The notes beneath the pieces are model-generated. The model made no database searches. It saw only the letters and a list, made by a program, of their open reading frames with translations, and was not told the origin of the DNA. DNA of 64,000 nt. Origin: Octopus sinensis (Eukaryota). Both the position numbers and the translations under genes were made by a program. Below, piece after piece: positions 41,301-53,085 of the stretch. Numbering within the stretch: position 1 is the stretch's first letter; each line of letters begins with the position of its first letter. The DNA is taken from NCBI RefSeq assembly GCF_006345805.1, contig NW_021831990.1:229-64228 (forward strand), read 5' to 3'.

Positions 41301-41779
41301 CCTTCTGTTTCTGTCTCTACCCACGTAGTCTACATGCGTGTCCAAGGTAGCATTCCAATCCCCCACTAAGAGTAAAGGACGAGACGTTCCCAAGAATACT
41401 TCTAGACGTCGAAAGAAATCCGCCCGACCTGTTAAGGGCGGTGCGTAGACTGATACGAGTCGAAAAGCGCACCCATTGCTGCCGTCAACATCCAGAACGA
41501 TCAGTCTACCCTCCGGGTCTACGAATATCGTCTTGACTTCGAGATCCAGGCTCTTGTGAAAAAGTACCGCGGTGCCACTACCGCCCATCCTCGGCAGACA
41601 GGGAGCGAAATAAATGTTAAACTGTCCGCCAAACATGGACTTTAGGGCCCGTGGCTCGTGGAGTCTGGTCTCACTTATGGCTATGATTCCCAAATCATGT
41701 GACTTGATGTCATTTAGGAGGTATCCTTGTTTCCAAGGAGACCCCAAGCACGCGCATTCACACAACCAATCTTGACCAT
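38345..41779 (-). pseudogene. ORF2: APE endonuclease + reverse transcriptase + C-terminal zinc finger, broken by frameshifts
   Basis: APE motifs MVKIGCVNAR, ISETRL, LLVGDWNA, SYLDRILC, YTDHKLV. RT motifs NFRPITLLNADLKIL, LDQSKAFDRVDH, VRQGCPLS, YADDV, LGVWFG. Zinc finger CPRCGQSDETALHAIVQC. Pieces are spread over track ORFs 40896-41765, 40628-40966, 40288-40707, 40082-40474, 39897-40118, 39524-39808 and 38995-39522. Confidence 0.92.
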
Positions 41780-41829
41780 GATTCTATTGGGGTGTGTGCT
41801 TTAAAACACACAAATGAAAGTACAGAGAG

Positions 41830-43922
41830 TTACTTACTTGTGTCGAAAGTTTTGGCTTCCTCGTTCTTTGATGTGTCTTCGAGGAGGTTTCTATATAGTT
41901 TTTGGGACAGATATTTCTGGAAACCCCCTACAGCATTTGGGAAGAGGCTTTGAGTTTGTGGTGTTTGTTTGTGTGATGTGTAGTATTTTGATGTGTTTGG
42001 GTGGTGTAGTGCGTGGATGATTGCTATTTTTAAAGTCATCTTCACAAATGTTTGTGTATCCTGTGATGTACTCCATTAGTTTGGAGTCTTTTGTGTCTAT
42101 CGCTGATAGCATTGTTTTTGTGGTGTTGGTGCTTGTTTTGTTGTGTATGGAGTTTTCAGGGTTCAGGTATCTCCCTGCTTTGGTTGCGATTTCTTGTTTG
42201 GTTTTTCTTGATCTTTTTCTTTTACCCCCTGTGGCTATTTGCCATTCTGTCGAACTTTCATCGTTAGATGAAAAGTCTGACGAATCAGCAGGGGGCAAGG
42301 GTAAAGCGTCTGGGTGTGTTTGTGCGGTTGTAGATATTGTTGTGGTGCGCGGGGAGGTGTTGCTGGGGGGTTGTTGTGGTTATTGTCTCTCCTACATCCT
42401 TGGTGCTTGTCTTCTTCGTTGTTATTCTTGGTGTTGGAATTGGTTTATTTGTTGTTGGTGGTGATGATTCTGTTCTTGGCGCTGGTGTTGGTGTTGTTTG
42501 GTTGGGTTGGCTTGTTCTTTGTTGTTTTTCCTGCATTTCCGCATACAGCTTCTTGACTAGCTGTCCATATGTGGTGTGGGCAATAATCCTGGCTTTTGTG
42601 ATTTTTCCTGTGGCTGTTGTTGTTGTTGTAATTTTGCGGCAGATTTGCACTCCTTTTTGAGGTGTGCCTCACTGCCACATGTATAGCATCGTGGCCTTCT
42701 GCCCTCGACTACTACGTATAACTTGCGGCCATCCTCAAGATGTACGTGGGTGGGGATTTTATTTATGTCCTCTTGACTTATGTGGAAGAGGAACTCTATT
42801 CTCTTTCCCAGCCAGTCCTTGTTTTCCGAAACACCGATATCTAGGATGTTTATGTCCTCCATTTCGGATGTTAAGGCGGATGTAATCCACAGTGTTGTAG
42901 TCACTTGGGGGACACCACTGATAATGACTTTCGTCACCTTCTGGCCGAGGTAACTCGGTGTCAACGTTAGTTCATCAGAATGAAGGGTTATCGTTGAGAA
43001 TTTCTTCGCCAACTCTTCATTCTGAAAAACCACCTGTACGTGTGCGAACTTGTTCGCCCAAGTCACACAATCCTTGTATCCCCAGATGGGGCGTAAGCAC
43101 TTTTCGACTTTGTCTGTGCTTGCCTTTTCTGGACTTTTTGTTTTTTTATTTGTGATTTTATATACAATTGTCTTTTTTTTCTCCTCATTCAGTATGTGCT
43201 GAGGTATGTGTAAGAGTATTTTTCCGTTTTGATTTGTAATAAGGTTTCTGCAATCTTTAATCTGTTGTGTAGTAAACGAAACTTTTGTTACCTTTTCTTT
43301 TATCGCCTCGGCGAAGTTTGTTGTTGTTTTGTTATTGTTGTTACTGCCGGTGGTGTTGGTGTTGATGGCAGGGGTGTGGGTTGTAGGTTTGTGGTTGCTG
43401 ATTATGCAACTAGCAAGGGGTGGAAAATTGCCTGCGTAATTTAGTCCTGCATTAGCGCAAATTCGGCATTTCGTTTGCTTGTCGTCGTTATTTTTTCACT
43501 TGTTGGTGATGGAGTGAGCAGTGGTTGAAGGGAATTGTTGTTGTCGTCGTCGTTGTTGTTGTTGTTGTTGTTGTTGTTATTGTGTCGTTCTTGGTGACGG
43601 CGGTGGTGTTAGTAGTATTAGTAGCATTGACGGCACGGTCTTTGGTGGCGGTGATGTTGGTATTGTTATTGGTGGCGACGTCTTTAGTAGGGATAGCAGT
43701 TTTAGTAGCAGATTCTGCCATGTTGTTGTTGTCGGTGTTGGTGGTGGTGGTGGACTCACTGATGGTGTTGACGGTGCTTGGCCTTGCGACCTTTGTTTTG
43801 TATTTGTTGCTGTTGATGGTGGTGGAGTTGTCAGGTTCGGCGTATGCTAACAGAGCATCCTGTTTTTCTGTTTGTGCGTCACGCTTGACTTGCACCTCAG
43901 CCTCGTGGTGACCAGTGGCCAT
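41830..43922 (-). pseudogene. ORF1: gag-like protein with one CX2CX4HX4C knuckle and Thr/Asn-rich low-complexity arms, frameshifted
   Basis: Track ORF 42557-43066 has RCYTCGSEAHLKKEC preceded by an RRM-like stretch (HVQVVFQNEELAKKF...VIISGVP). Flanking T/N/Q-rich frames are 43488-43952, 42285-42650 and 41891-42298. The start at 43922 (MATGHHE) is inferred. Confidence 0.78.
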
Positions 43923-44146
43923 TTTGGAAATAAAATGGATAAATGAAACCACGAAGGCTATGAGAAATTTTTCTTTTAAATTTTGCCCACAAGGGGCAAA
44001 ATTTTGTGTAGATATTAATCAAGGTTTGCAGTGGATGTTGTTGCACAACTTTTAAACAGAAAATATTTCACAATAAACAATTTTCAACGTACAAAATGAC
44101 CAACTTACGTGGAGCCCATTTGACTAGCGTCCGTCCATGTCGAGAG

Positions 44147-44257
<111 letters not shown>

Positions 44258-45041
44258 GATGTGTTCATAGATGTAGTCAGTGTAAAAATTTAAAGAAAAG
44301 AGCGAGATCATACTCCCCCGCTCTGCATCTTATAGATTATATATGAAAGTCCTATATTTTGTCATTATTGCATTCAATATTTTATATCCTCAAATGCCAT
44401 TATATTACAATGGAGAGCATCTTTGTTTAGATTCTATCTTTGTGTGTTTTTGTGTGGTTAGCTATAATACAAAGATACTCACACAGACACAGAAACACAT
44501 ACAACACCACACAGGCACCACATACACACCCACACACTCAGACACTCACACCACATATATTTATATATTAGAATATATATATATTAATATTTTATATTAT
44601 ATTTATGTATATATCATATATAATGTATTATATATATATATATATAATATTTATATATAGAATTATATATATATTTATATTATATATATATATATATTAT
44701 ATATATATATTATATATCTATATCCTATATATTATATATAATATATAATATATATATATATTTTTAATCCAAACGGGAAACAAAAAAACAACAACAATGG
44801 AACAATTACAGTATTATTATTAATAGGCGCTCAGGAAAAGGAAGCAGGGAGGTATGACGTTTCGAGCGGAGCTCTTCGTCGGAAACATAAAGAAGGAAGA
44901 GAGAGGAAAGAAAGATCCCAGAGCGGGCAACAGGGAAAGAGAAAAAAGACGACTGGTGTTTACGAGTTGCACATGGTGAAGGGCGGATGTTTACGAAAAC
45001 AGAGCAAAGTGGGTTTTTAAAGGCAAAAGAGTGGAGACAAG

Positions 45042-45073
<32 letters not shown>

Positions 45074-45345
45074 ATATATATTCGTATCTAAATATGTATT
45101 TATACTTACATATATACATATATGAACAAATGTATATATACTTATATATACATACATGCATACATGCATATATACATACATATATATATATACATATGTG
45201 TGTGTGCGTGTGTGTGTATGTATGTATATTTCTCTTACACATATTGACACACATTTTATATTGTGTCTGCTTTATAACATATGTAAAAGAAATACGTTTA
45301 TGTTTGTGGATAAAGATGCGTACACACACACACATGTATATATAT

Positions 45346-45393
<48 letters not shown>

Positions 45394-46522
45394 TCTGTGT
45401 GTGTGTGTCTGTGTGTGTGTGTCTGTGTGTGTGTGCGTGCGTGTGTATTTATATATCCATATACATACGCATATATATATACATATACACACACGCACCA
45501 ACACACGCACACACACACGCGCGCCTCCCCTCCCCCCATACACACACACACACCCACAAGGAAACCGTGACAAATCTTTCACTACCCGTGACTTCGACTC
45601 TCATAATTTTCTTTGTATACATTTCCTTTCACATCATATGTATACAAATTTTCTAGGTTCTGTTTTCCCTGTTTTCGTTGTGTTAAGCCTTCACTTTTAT
45701 AAACAGAAAACAAATTATATTATTCCCTGCCAGATTAGAGATTACTTATGTAGGGTCAATGAACTTGGTATTACTATATTGACATCACTGGTTCAACTGT
45801 CCACAAATTAATGAGAACTAGAGTAGACAATATTTAAACAAAGAATCTGTTGAACAATTTCTTTTTGTATTTCAGTCCGCAGAGACGTTCGGGTGCATAA
45901 CCCTTCGACAAGGCCTTTGAGATTCGTGGGCGAGAGGGAGAATCGTATCCTCAAACAGAAGATCTGGTCCAGATATTTGCACCAGTGTGGGCTACACTAA
46001 AGGCGCCCAGTGACAAAGTGGTTATAATGAGATCATTGCGAAAGGCCGTTTGGACGCTGCCGATTTGGTTCGGCTAACTAATCAGTTAATTAGTTTGAGT
46101 GACAGTCCTTTATGGCACTGGAAGCAACACTCACTCATGCACGCACGCGCAGAAATATACACATACAGGCGCAGGCGTGGCTATGTTTGTATATATATGT
46201 ATATATGTATATATATATATATATGTATGTGTATATATATAATATGCATATATATGTATGTGTATATATGTATGTGTATATATATAATATACATATATGT
46301 ATATATATGTATGTGTATATATATAATATGTATATATATATATAAATATTTATATATATATATATGTATGCATGTATACATATATATGTATATATAGAGA
46401 GAATTCACAAAAAAACAAAAGACGAAGACAGGTGGTGTAGAAAACAAACAGATGTATTAGTATAACGCTCGGGAGTTGAAAAGAGTCTTTAACGTTTCGA
46501 GCCTACGCTCTTCTACAGAAAT

Positions 46523-46569
<47 letters not shown>

Positions 46570-46704
46570 ATATATATATATGTGTGTATGTATATGTGTG
46601 TGTGTTTGTGTGTGTGGGGGGGTGTATATATGTATGTATGTATATGTATATATATATAATATATATATATATATCTATATATATATATATAATATATATA
46701 TATG

Positions 46705-46750
<46 letters not shown>

Positions 46751-47317
46751 GCATAGTTTGTATGTGCGTCACCTCCTGAAAGCACTCTAGCATTTATCAA
46801 TTTAAAATTATAATTTAAATAATCTACTGCAAAAAAGAAAATAAACTTTAATCTAAATAATATTTGTTTGGTTAAATTCACAGCCGTTGATGAGTCAGAT
46901 TAGTAATTTTATGTTAGTTTCAAATAATTACAAGGCAAATATGAAGAGACAACAAAGTACTCTGTTAAAGAAATATCTCATTGTGGTTGATCACACGTGA
47001 TCATCATTGAGGTTAATTAACGTTTAGATCATTACTGTAATTATTTTCTAGTTTTAATTGACAACAGTATATTAACCAGAACTAAAAAATAAATTTGATG
47101 GAATATCAGAATCGAGTTAAACATTTAGAAACGAAGAGATAATTAGATGTTAATGAAGATAAAATCTGAAAGAGTAGGCGGAGTTAAAAAGAGTGTCAGT
47201 GGGAGGAGCTATAAATGAGTTGCTGAAGTGACATGCGTAATAGTACATTGTTTTATGTGAAAGAATGTGAAATACCTATAGGAACTGACATACACTAACT
47301 ATATAAATCACATATAA

Positions 47318-47548
47318 GGCTGCGAGCTGGCAGACACGTTAGCGCGCCGGGCGAAATGCTTAGCTGTATTTCGTCTGTCGTTACGCTCTGAGTTCAAATT
47401 CCGCCGAGGTCGACTTTGCCTTTCATCCTTTTGGGGTCGATAAATAAAGTACCAGTTTCGCACTGGAGTCGATGTAATCGACTTAATCCGTTTGTCTGTC
47501 CTTGTTTGTCCCCTCTATGTTTATCCCCTTGTAGGCAATAAAGAAATA
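47318..47548 (+). mobile_element. SINE family A monomer, tail A, 17-bp TSD (1 mismatch)
   Basis: tatataaatcacatata at 47300-47316 versus tatatgaatcacatata at 47549-47565. Confidence 0.88.
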
Positions 47549-47811
47549 TATATGAATCACATATACATACGTACCCCTACTCTATAAAATCATGTATTTG
47601 TACATACATTCATAGACGCTCATAAATGCATACATACACACACACATACAAGCATACATACATATAAACATACATACACATAAAGGTCACCTGTAATAAG
47701 CTCCATTTATGCAATGCCTTCCATAGTTGTACATCTTTTAAGAAATCCACCAACAAGTTCGCACACACCCTCACTCATACACACACATACATATATACTA
47801 TAAAAAAGTGG

Positions 47812-48040
47812 AGGCGCAATGGCCCAGTGGCTAGGGTAGCGGACTCGCGGTCATAGGGGCGCGGTTTCGATTCCCAGACCGGGCGTTGTGAGTGTTTATT
47901 GAGCGAAAACACCTAAAGTTCCACGAATCTCCGGCAGGGGTGGCGAACCCTACTGTACTCTTTCACCACAACTTTCTATCACTCTTTTTTCCGGTTTCTG
48001 TTTTGCCTGTAATTCGAAGGGCCAGCCTTGTCACACTCTG
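47812..48040 (+). mobile_element. SINE family C, 3' truncated
   Basis: ggcgcaatggcccagtggctaggg...gggccagccttgtcacactctgtg. Confidence 0.85.
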
Positions 48041-48399
48041 TGTATATATGCACTGTTCGACAACCGATGTTGGTGTTTTTACGTCTCCATTTATCTAGCC
48101 GTTCGTCAAAAGTGACCGATAGAATAAGTACCAAACTTGAATTTAAAAAATAAAATTAGAAGTACTGGGAACGATTCATTCGACTAAAGCCCTTCCAGAT
48201 GTTGCTCCAGCATGGCCGCAGTAAAAGATAAAAGATAAAGAACATAAAAGATTATAGACATATTTAATACTTCGCATGCGCTCGGACGTGGTAGACCTTT
48301 TCCCTGATTGAATTCAAGAACTGTACTATTCGAAAAGAGTTAAAGTCAGGTTTACAATATTTCCAACTTTTTTAATTTATTATAATGAATTCTAAATGA

Positions 48400-48780
48400 G
48401 CGAGCATCACCAGTGCAAGTGGCACAATTGATAAGAAGAAGAAAACAGTTATAAGATTAGAAGAAAAATTAGCAACAACTATCATGCACGTGCTGATTCC
48501 AGAACACGTTTTTTTTTTTTTTTTTTTTTTTTTCTTTGTCTCAGGTCTGTATATAAGTTATGAAAGAGCTCACGTTATCAGGGAATCAACAGTTCGTAAT
48601 ATTATTCAGATCACGAAACTTTATAAAGAACGGAGCCAAAGTGCAGCTTTATCATCGAATTTCCAAACAAGAAAAAAGAAGCAATACAATGATTGAAATG
48701 GATCGTCTCTTGTCGATTGGGATCGAAGATTGCAATCAAAAAAGCATTCATTTAAAACAAAAGCTGTCAGTCTGTTGCAG
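48400..48780 (+). mobile_element. Tigger/pogo-like transposase N-terminal remnant
   Basis: Frames give KKTVIRLEEKL, ESTVRNII..KLYKE and EMDRLLSIGIEDCNQKSIHL, resembling CENP-B-type HTH domains of Tigger transposases. Confidence 0.6.
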
Positions 48781-49039
48781 CATTCGAAAAATACAACGAA
48801 GAGAAGAAAACAAAAGGGAAATGGAATCTAATGAAGTTTCTACAGTAGCATTTCTCAGCTTTTTGTGGCACAGCGCCATTTTCAACTCCTGCTCTCTGCG
48901 TTTTGCAGAATAATCAAACAACGGTTAATTTTCTGGCTTATTATCCATATTTTGTTATAGTGTCTCTCCTCTTTTTCGAAGCTAACATACATTTGTGTAT
49001 CTTATTTTTTTTTATTCTATTATTCTATTATTCTATTAT

Positions 49040-49263
49040 TCTTTTATTCGTTTCAGTCATTTGACTGCGGCCATGCTGGCGCACCGCCTTTTAGTCGAGC
49101 AAATCGACCCCCAGGACTTATTGATTGCTTGTAAGCCTAGTACTTATTCTATCGGTCTCTCTTGCCGAACCGCTAAGTGACGGGGACGTAAACACACCAT
49201 CGGTTCTCAAGCGATGTTGGGGAGATAAACACAGACACACAAACATATACACACACACACACG

Positions 49264-49296
<33 letters not shown>

Positions 49297-49310
49297 TTAT
49301 ATATATAAAA

Positions 49311-49347
<37 letters not shown>

Positions 49348-49925
49348 CAACGGGCTTCTTTCAGTTTCCGTCTACCAAATCCACTTACAAGGCTTTGGTG
49401 GTTCCGAGGCTATAGTAGAAGACACTTGCCCAAGGTGCTACACAGTGGGACTGAACCCGGAACCATGTGGTTGGTAAGCAAGCTACTTACCACACAACCA
49501 CTCCTGCGCCTATGAGAATTTTTTGGGGAACTTACGAAAGTCATGGCTGTGTGGTTAAAAAGCTCGCTGTGAAACCACATGGTTTCAGGTTCACTACCAC
49601 AGCCCGGCACCTTGGGAAAGTTTCTTCTACTATAGCTCCAGGTCGACCAATGCTTTGTGAGTGAATTTGAAAGACGGAAACTGTGTGGAAGTCCGTTTAT
49701 ATTTGTGTGTGGGTCAATGTCTTGGTGTTTCCCCTTCCATCACTTGAAAACCGGAGTTGATTTGTTTACTTCTGCACAACTTAGCGGTTCAACAAAAGAG
49801 ACCGATAGCGTAAGTACCAGACTTTAAAAAGTCGAGTAATTGAGTCTATTTGTTCGGCTAAATCCCTTAAGACGGTCCCACAGCAAAGGCACGGCTGAAT
49901 GACTGAGACAAGTAAAAGAATAAAA
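49040..49925. mobile_element. Two head-to-head SINE family B copies (49040-49510 minus, 49540-49925 plus, diverged)
   Basis: Match the family consensus in opposite orientations. Confidence 0.8.
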
Positions 49926-50580
49926 GATTTTTTTTTGAAATTATATAATGAAATTATATAAAACCTTGTTTCTGCTTGCTCATAACACAATGCCTCATAC
50001 ATACTCTAATCTTGACAAAGATTTTTTAATGTGCCTAAAATATAAATGTAAATTTAAATATTTTATTCATAACATAAATGGCGTTCACATCTAAACACCA
50101 AACGCCATCGTAGCGCCCCTTTGAGTGCTTACAACGCTGTCAAGGGGACGAAACCGGCCAGATTTAAGAACCAATATTCCAGATGCTTCAACAGATTTAG
50201 AAAACAACCTGGAATTCATAACTAGACCGTTGTTATTGCTATTTGACCCTAGGCTATTAATGATCGAGCAGCCCTATGATCAAGACCTTTCCAGTTTTGA
50301 CTAACCTGGATTTTATTGGACCTATGCTTCTATGACTATATTATCGAATATAGCTTGCGTGTTTTTAAAAAAAGTAGGGTACGAATAGTGGATATTTGGT
50401 TGCTATTTCTAATAGATGGAACGGCTATCTAGAGGATCCTTCGCTACTCATCATTATTCGAGTGATGGGGTGAAGGTCTGTAATAAAATAATCTGGTAGG
50501 ATTAATGCATCTCTTTGATTAAAATGCCACTGCATGGAGGGCTTCAGAAGAAATGCGTTGCAATATTTATTCCAACTAAG

Positions 50581-50745
50581 GCGGCGAGCTGACAGAAACG
50601 TTAGCACACCGGGCAAAATGCGTAGCCGTATTTCATCTGCCGCTACGTTCTGAGTTCCAATTCCGCCGAGGTCGACCTTACCTTTCATCCTTTCGGGGTC
50701 GATAAATTAAGTACCAGTTACGCACTGGGGTCGATATAATCGACG
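50581..50745 (+). mobile_element. SINE family A, tail missing
   Basis: Head and body match the family. It ends after ggggtcgatataatcgac. Confidence 0.82.
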
Positions 50746-50799
50746 ATGTTAAATAGTCAAGTGACTTAAAAGTGACTCGTTGTGAATTATAGCAGTAAT

Positions 50800-52800
50800 T
50801 GGGTCTGTTTTTAATGAATTCTTGAACGTATTATTTTTAATATTTGCGTGTGTTATTCTAATGTGGTAGTGGATATGTCATTTGTTGTGGATGCGTCCAA
50901 AAGAGGTCTGTATTTAGTGATAAAGAGAGACTCTTTACTAATTCGTTGGCGAAAGGTTGTATCGTCCCTGAATTGATAGAGGGGTAAAATTCTGAAGCTT
51001 GGATTTTTGCTATTGGCGCAAATGTCGATGTGTTGGCTGAAGGCTATTTTTCTGTCTTTTTTTTTATTATTTTGATTTGGGATCTGTGCAGAGCGATCCT
51101 TTGACGCATACTGTTTTGTTTGGTCTATATATTGCTCTTGACACCCAGAGCAGGTTAGTGCGTATATCAGGTTCTCCGACGCACATGTGAAGCTAATTTT
51201 CACTGTGAAACGTTGTTCCTGTTCGAAGGAGAACTCTGATCCCTCAATTAAACTGATGCATATCCCACAGTTGGGTCTTCCGCATTTTTTTACTGACGCC
51301 TTCAGTGTTGTTGTTGAGCGTATTTGGACTTGTGTTAGGAGGTTTTCATAGATTTGGGCTGTCTCTGACTTTTTATGATAGTGTGTGTTTGGAGGATTAA
51401 ATTCATTCTGTGGTCCTTTGTTTAGCAGGGGAATGTTTTGAAGGATGGTGTCGAAGGCTTTATTGTTAAGAGGGTTGTGTGTGAAGATGTATGGTAGGGC
51501 TTTTGGTTGTGAATCCTTCTTTAATTTGAGATGCCTGAGTTCGTGGACGTTGAGTTGTAGGGCCTGTTGAAAGCATAAGTCAATTAATGAAGATAAGTAG
51601 TTCCTGGTGATGGGTATATCCTTTAATTCATGTAGTCGTGTGTCCCTGGTGCTTGCATTAGAAACTGTAGTACATATCCTTTTTGCTAGGTTGGAGATAT
51701 TCATTCTGGTGTGTCTGGGATGGCATGAATTGAATGGTAGATATTGCTTGGAACCCGTGGGCTTATAGAATATATCTGTTTCTATTACGTTGTTAGATTT
51801 CTTAATGAGGATGTCGAGGAAGGGAAGATGTTGATGGCTATATTCCATCGTGAATTGAATGTTTACGTCAAGTCCATTTATAAGTGCTTGAAATTCTTTA
51901 AGTCTCTCTATACTTTCATGCCAAAGAATGAAACAGTCATCCAGGTATCTCTTCCAGTTATTTTCTATGTAGAAGGAGAATGGGCTGCCGTACTTTTCAA
52001 GAATCTTACGATAAAGACTAATTTCTAGATGTCCCATGACTAGGTTAGCAAAGGAGGGGACCATTCTCCAACCCATCGCAGTCAACGATTTTTGTCGATA
52101 GAAGTTGTCATTGAAGACGAAGTCGTTATTCTCCAAGATAAATTTTAGCCCTTCTATCGCGAATTTTTTTTATGCGATATAGGAGTTCGTTGGCGTGATT
52201 CTCTAGCCAGAATTGAATTGCCTCTATTCCTAGGTTGTGGGGGATATTGGAATAGTGGTTGACTACATCGAAGGATACTTGTAGGGTGTTTTTGTTTATT
52301 GTTTATTGTTTCAGAAGGTGATTGAGCATATCCAGGTCGTCTCTTGTGTAGCTTTTGACATGCTTGAGGAATGGTTTTAAGAGGATATCTATAACGTTAC
52401 GGAGGCGGTGAGTTTCGCATGCGGGACCTGCTTATTATAGGTCTCAATTTGAAGTCATTAGGAGTAGGGACTTTGATTATTTTGTCTGTGGCTATCCTGC
52501 ATGCGTTACTTATTTTCTCACTTTTGTGTATCTTGAGAATACCGTAGAATTGGCTGGTTTTACTTTTGAAATTGGTCATATAGTCATATTCTTTGTCAGT
52601 GAGCCCTTCCCTGTATAGGTTTAACATAGTTATTAAGTGTCTCATAATTTTCTGCTGACTGTAGTGTTAGGCCTTTTCATAATATGCTGTGTCTTCTAAT
52701 ATGGATATTACTAGAGTTATATAATATACCGTATCCATTAAGACAACTGCACTCTCTTATTTAGCCTCTTTGATTATTATTGTTTTGTCATCTTTTAATC
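50800..52800 (-). mobile_element. Penelope-like element: RT + GIY-YIG endonuclease, 5' end interrupted by a mariner fragment
   Basis: 427-aa ORF 50853-52136 has YLDDCFILW, LPFLDILI, TDIFYKPT, SCHPRHT, CGRPNCGIC, FTCASENLIYALTCSGCQEQYIDQT. Upstream frames give LKDDKTIIIKEA, FYGILKIHK...LRPIIS and SFDVVNHYSNIP. Confidence 0.92.
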
Positions 52801-53085
52801 GCAGATGCATGTGCAGCTGTGATGGAAAACTGCCGAAACACCATCCGTGAGTTATCAGAGGATGTACATATTAGTTACAGTTCAGTTCAGTCCATTATCA
52901 CTGAAGGTTTGGGTGTGAGACGCGCGTCTGGCAAGTTTATGTCAAAAGTGCTTTCAGCTGAACAAAAAGACTCTCGGGTTCCAGTTGCGCAAGATCTCCT
53001 TGTTTGTGTCGAGAACGAAGAAAACTTTTTGAGAACTTTGTATAGGCCTCTGAGCAGGTATCGCCAAGCTTTTGGCAAAATTTGA
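52800..53085 (+). mobile_element. Tc1/mariner transposase fragment (HTH region)
   Basis: TIRELSEDVHISYSSVQSIITEGLGVRRASGKFMSKVLSAEQK resembles the mariner HTH plus a degenerate WVP(R/K)xL segment. Confidence 0.75.

Larger units (their letters stand above)
37985..44141 (-). mobile_element. Probably full-length Tx1/L1-type non-LTR retrotransposon (5'UTR, ORF1, ORF2, 3'UTR with AATAAA), flanked on both sides by (GATA)n
   Basis: Contiguous ORF1 (CCHC) and ORF2 (APE, RT, zinc finger) fragments on the minus strand. The 3' end reads GCTAATAAAGAAACA then (TATC)n at ~37985. (GATA)n resumes at ~44148 on the 5' side. Confidence 0.9.

Noticed and set aside
45870-45995. Possible host exon after tttcag
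   Set aside because: Only a short frame ending in a stop, with no recognisable homology or partner exons.
50110-50170. Hammerhead at ...aaggggacgaaaccggcc
   Set aside because: Has a stem and GAAA, but no CUGANGA core and no UH site.
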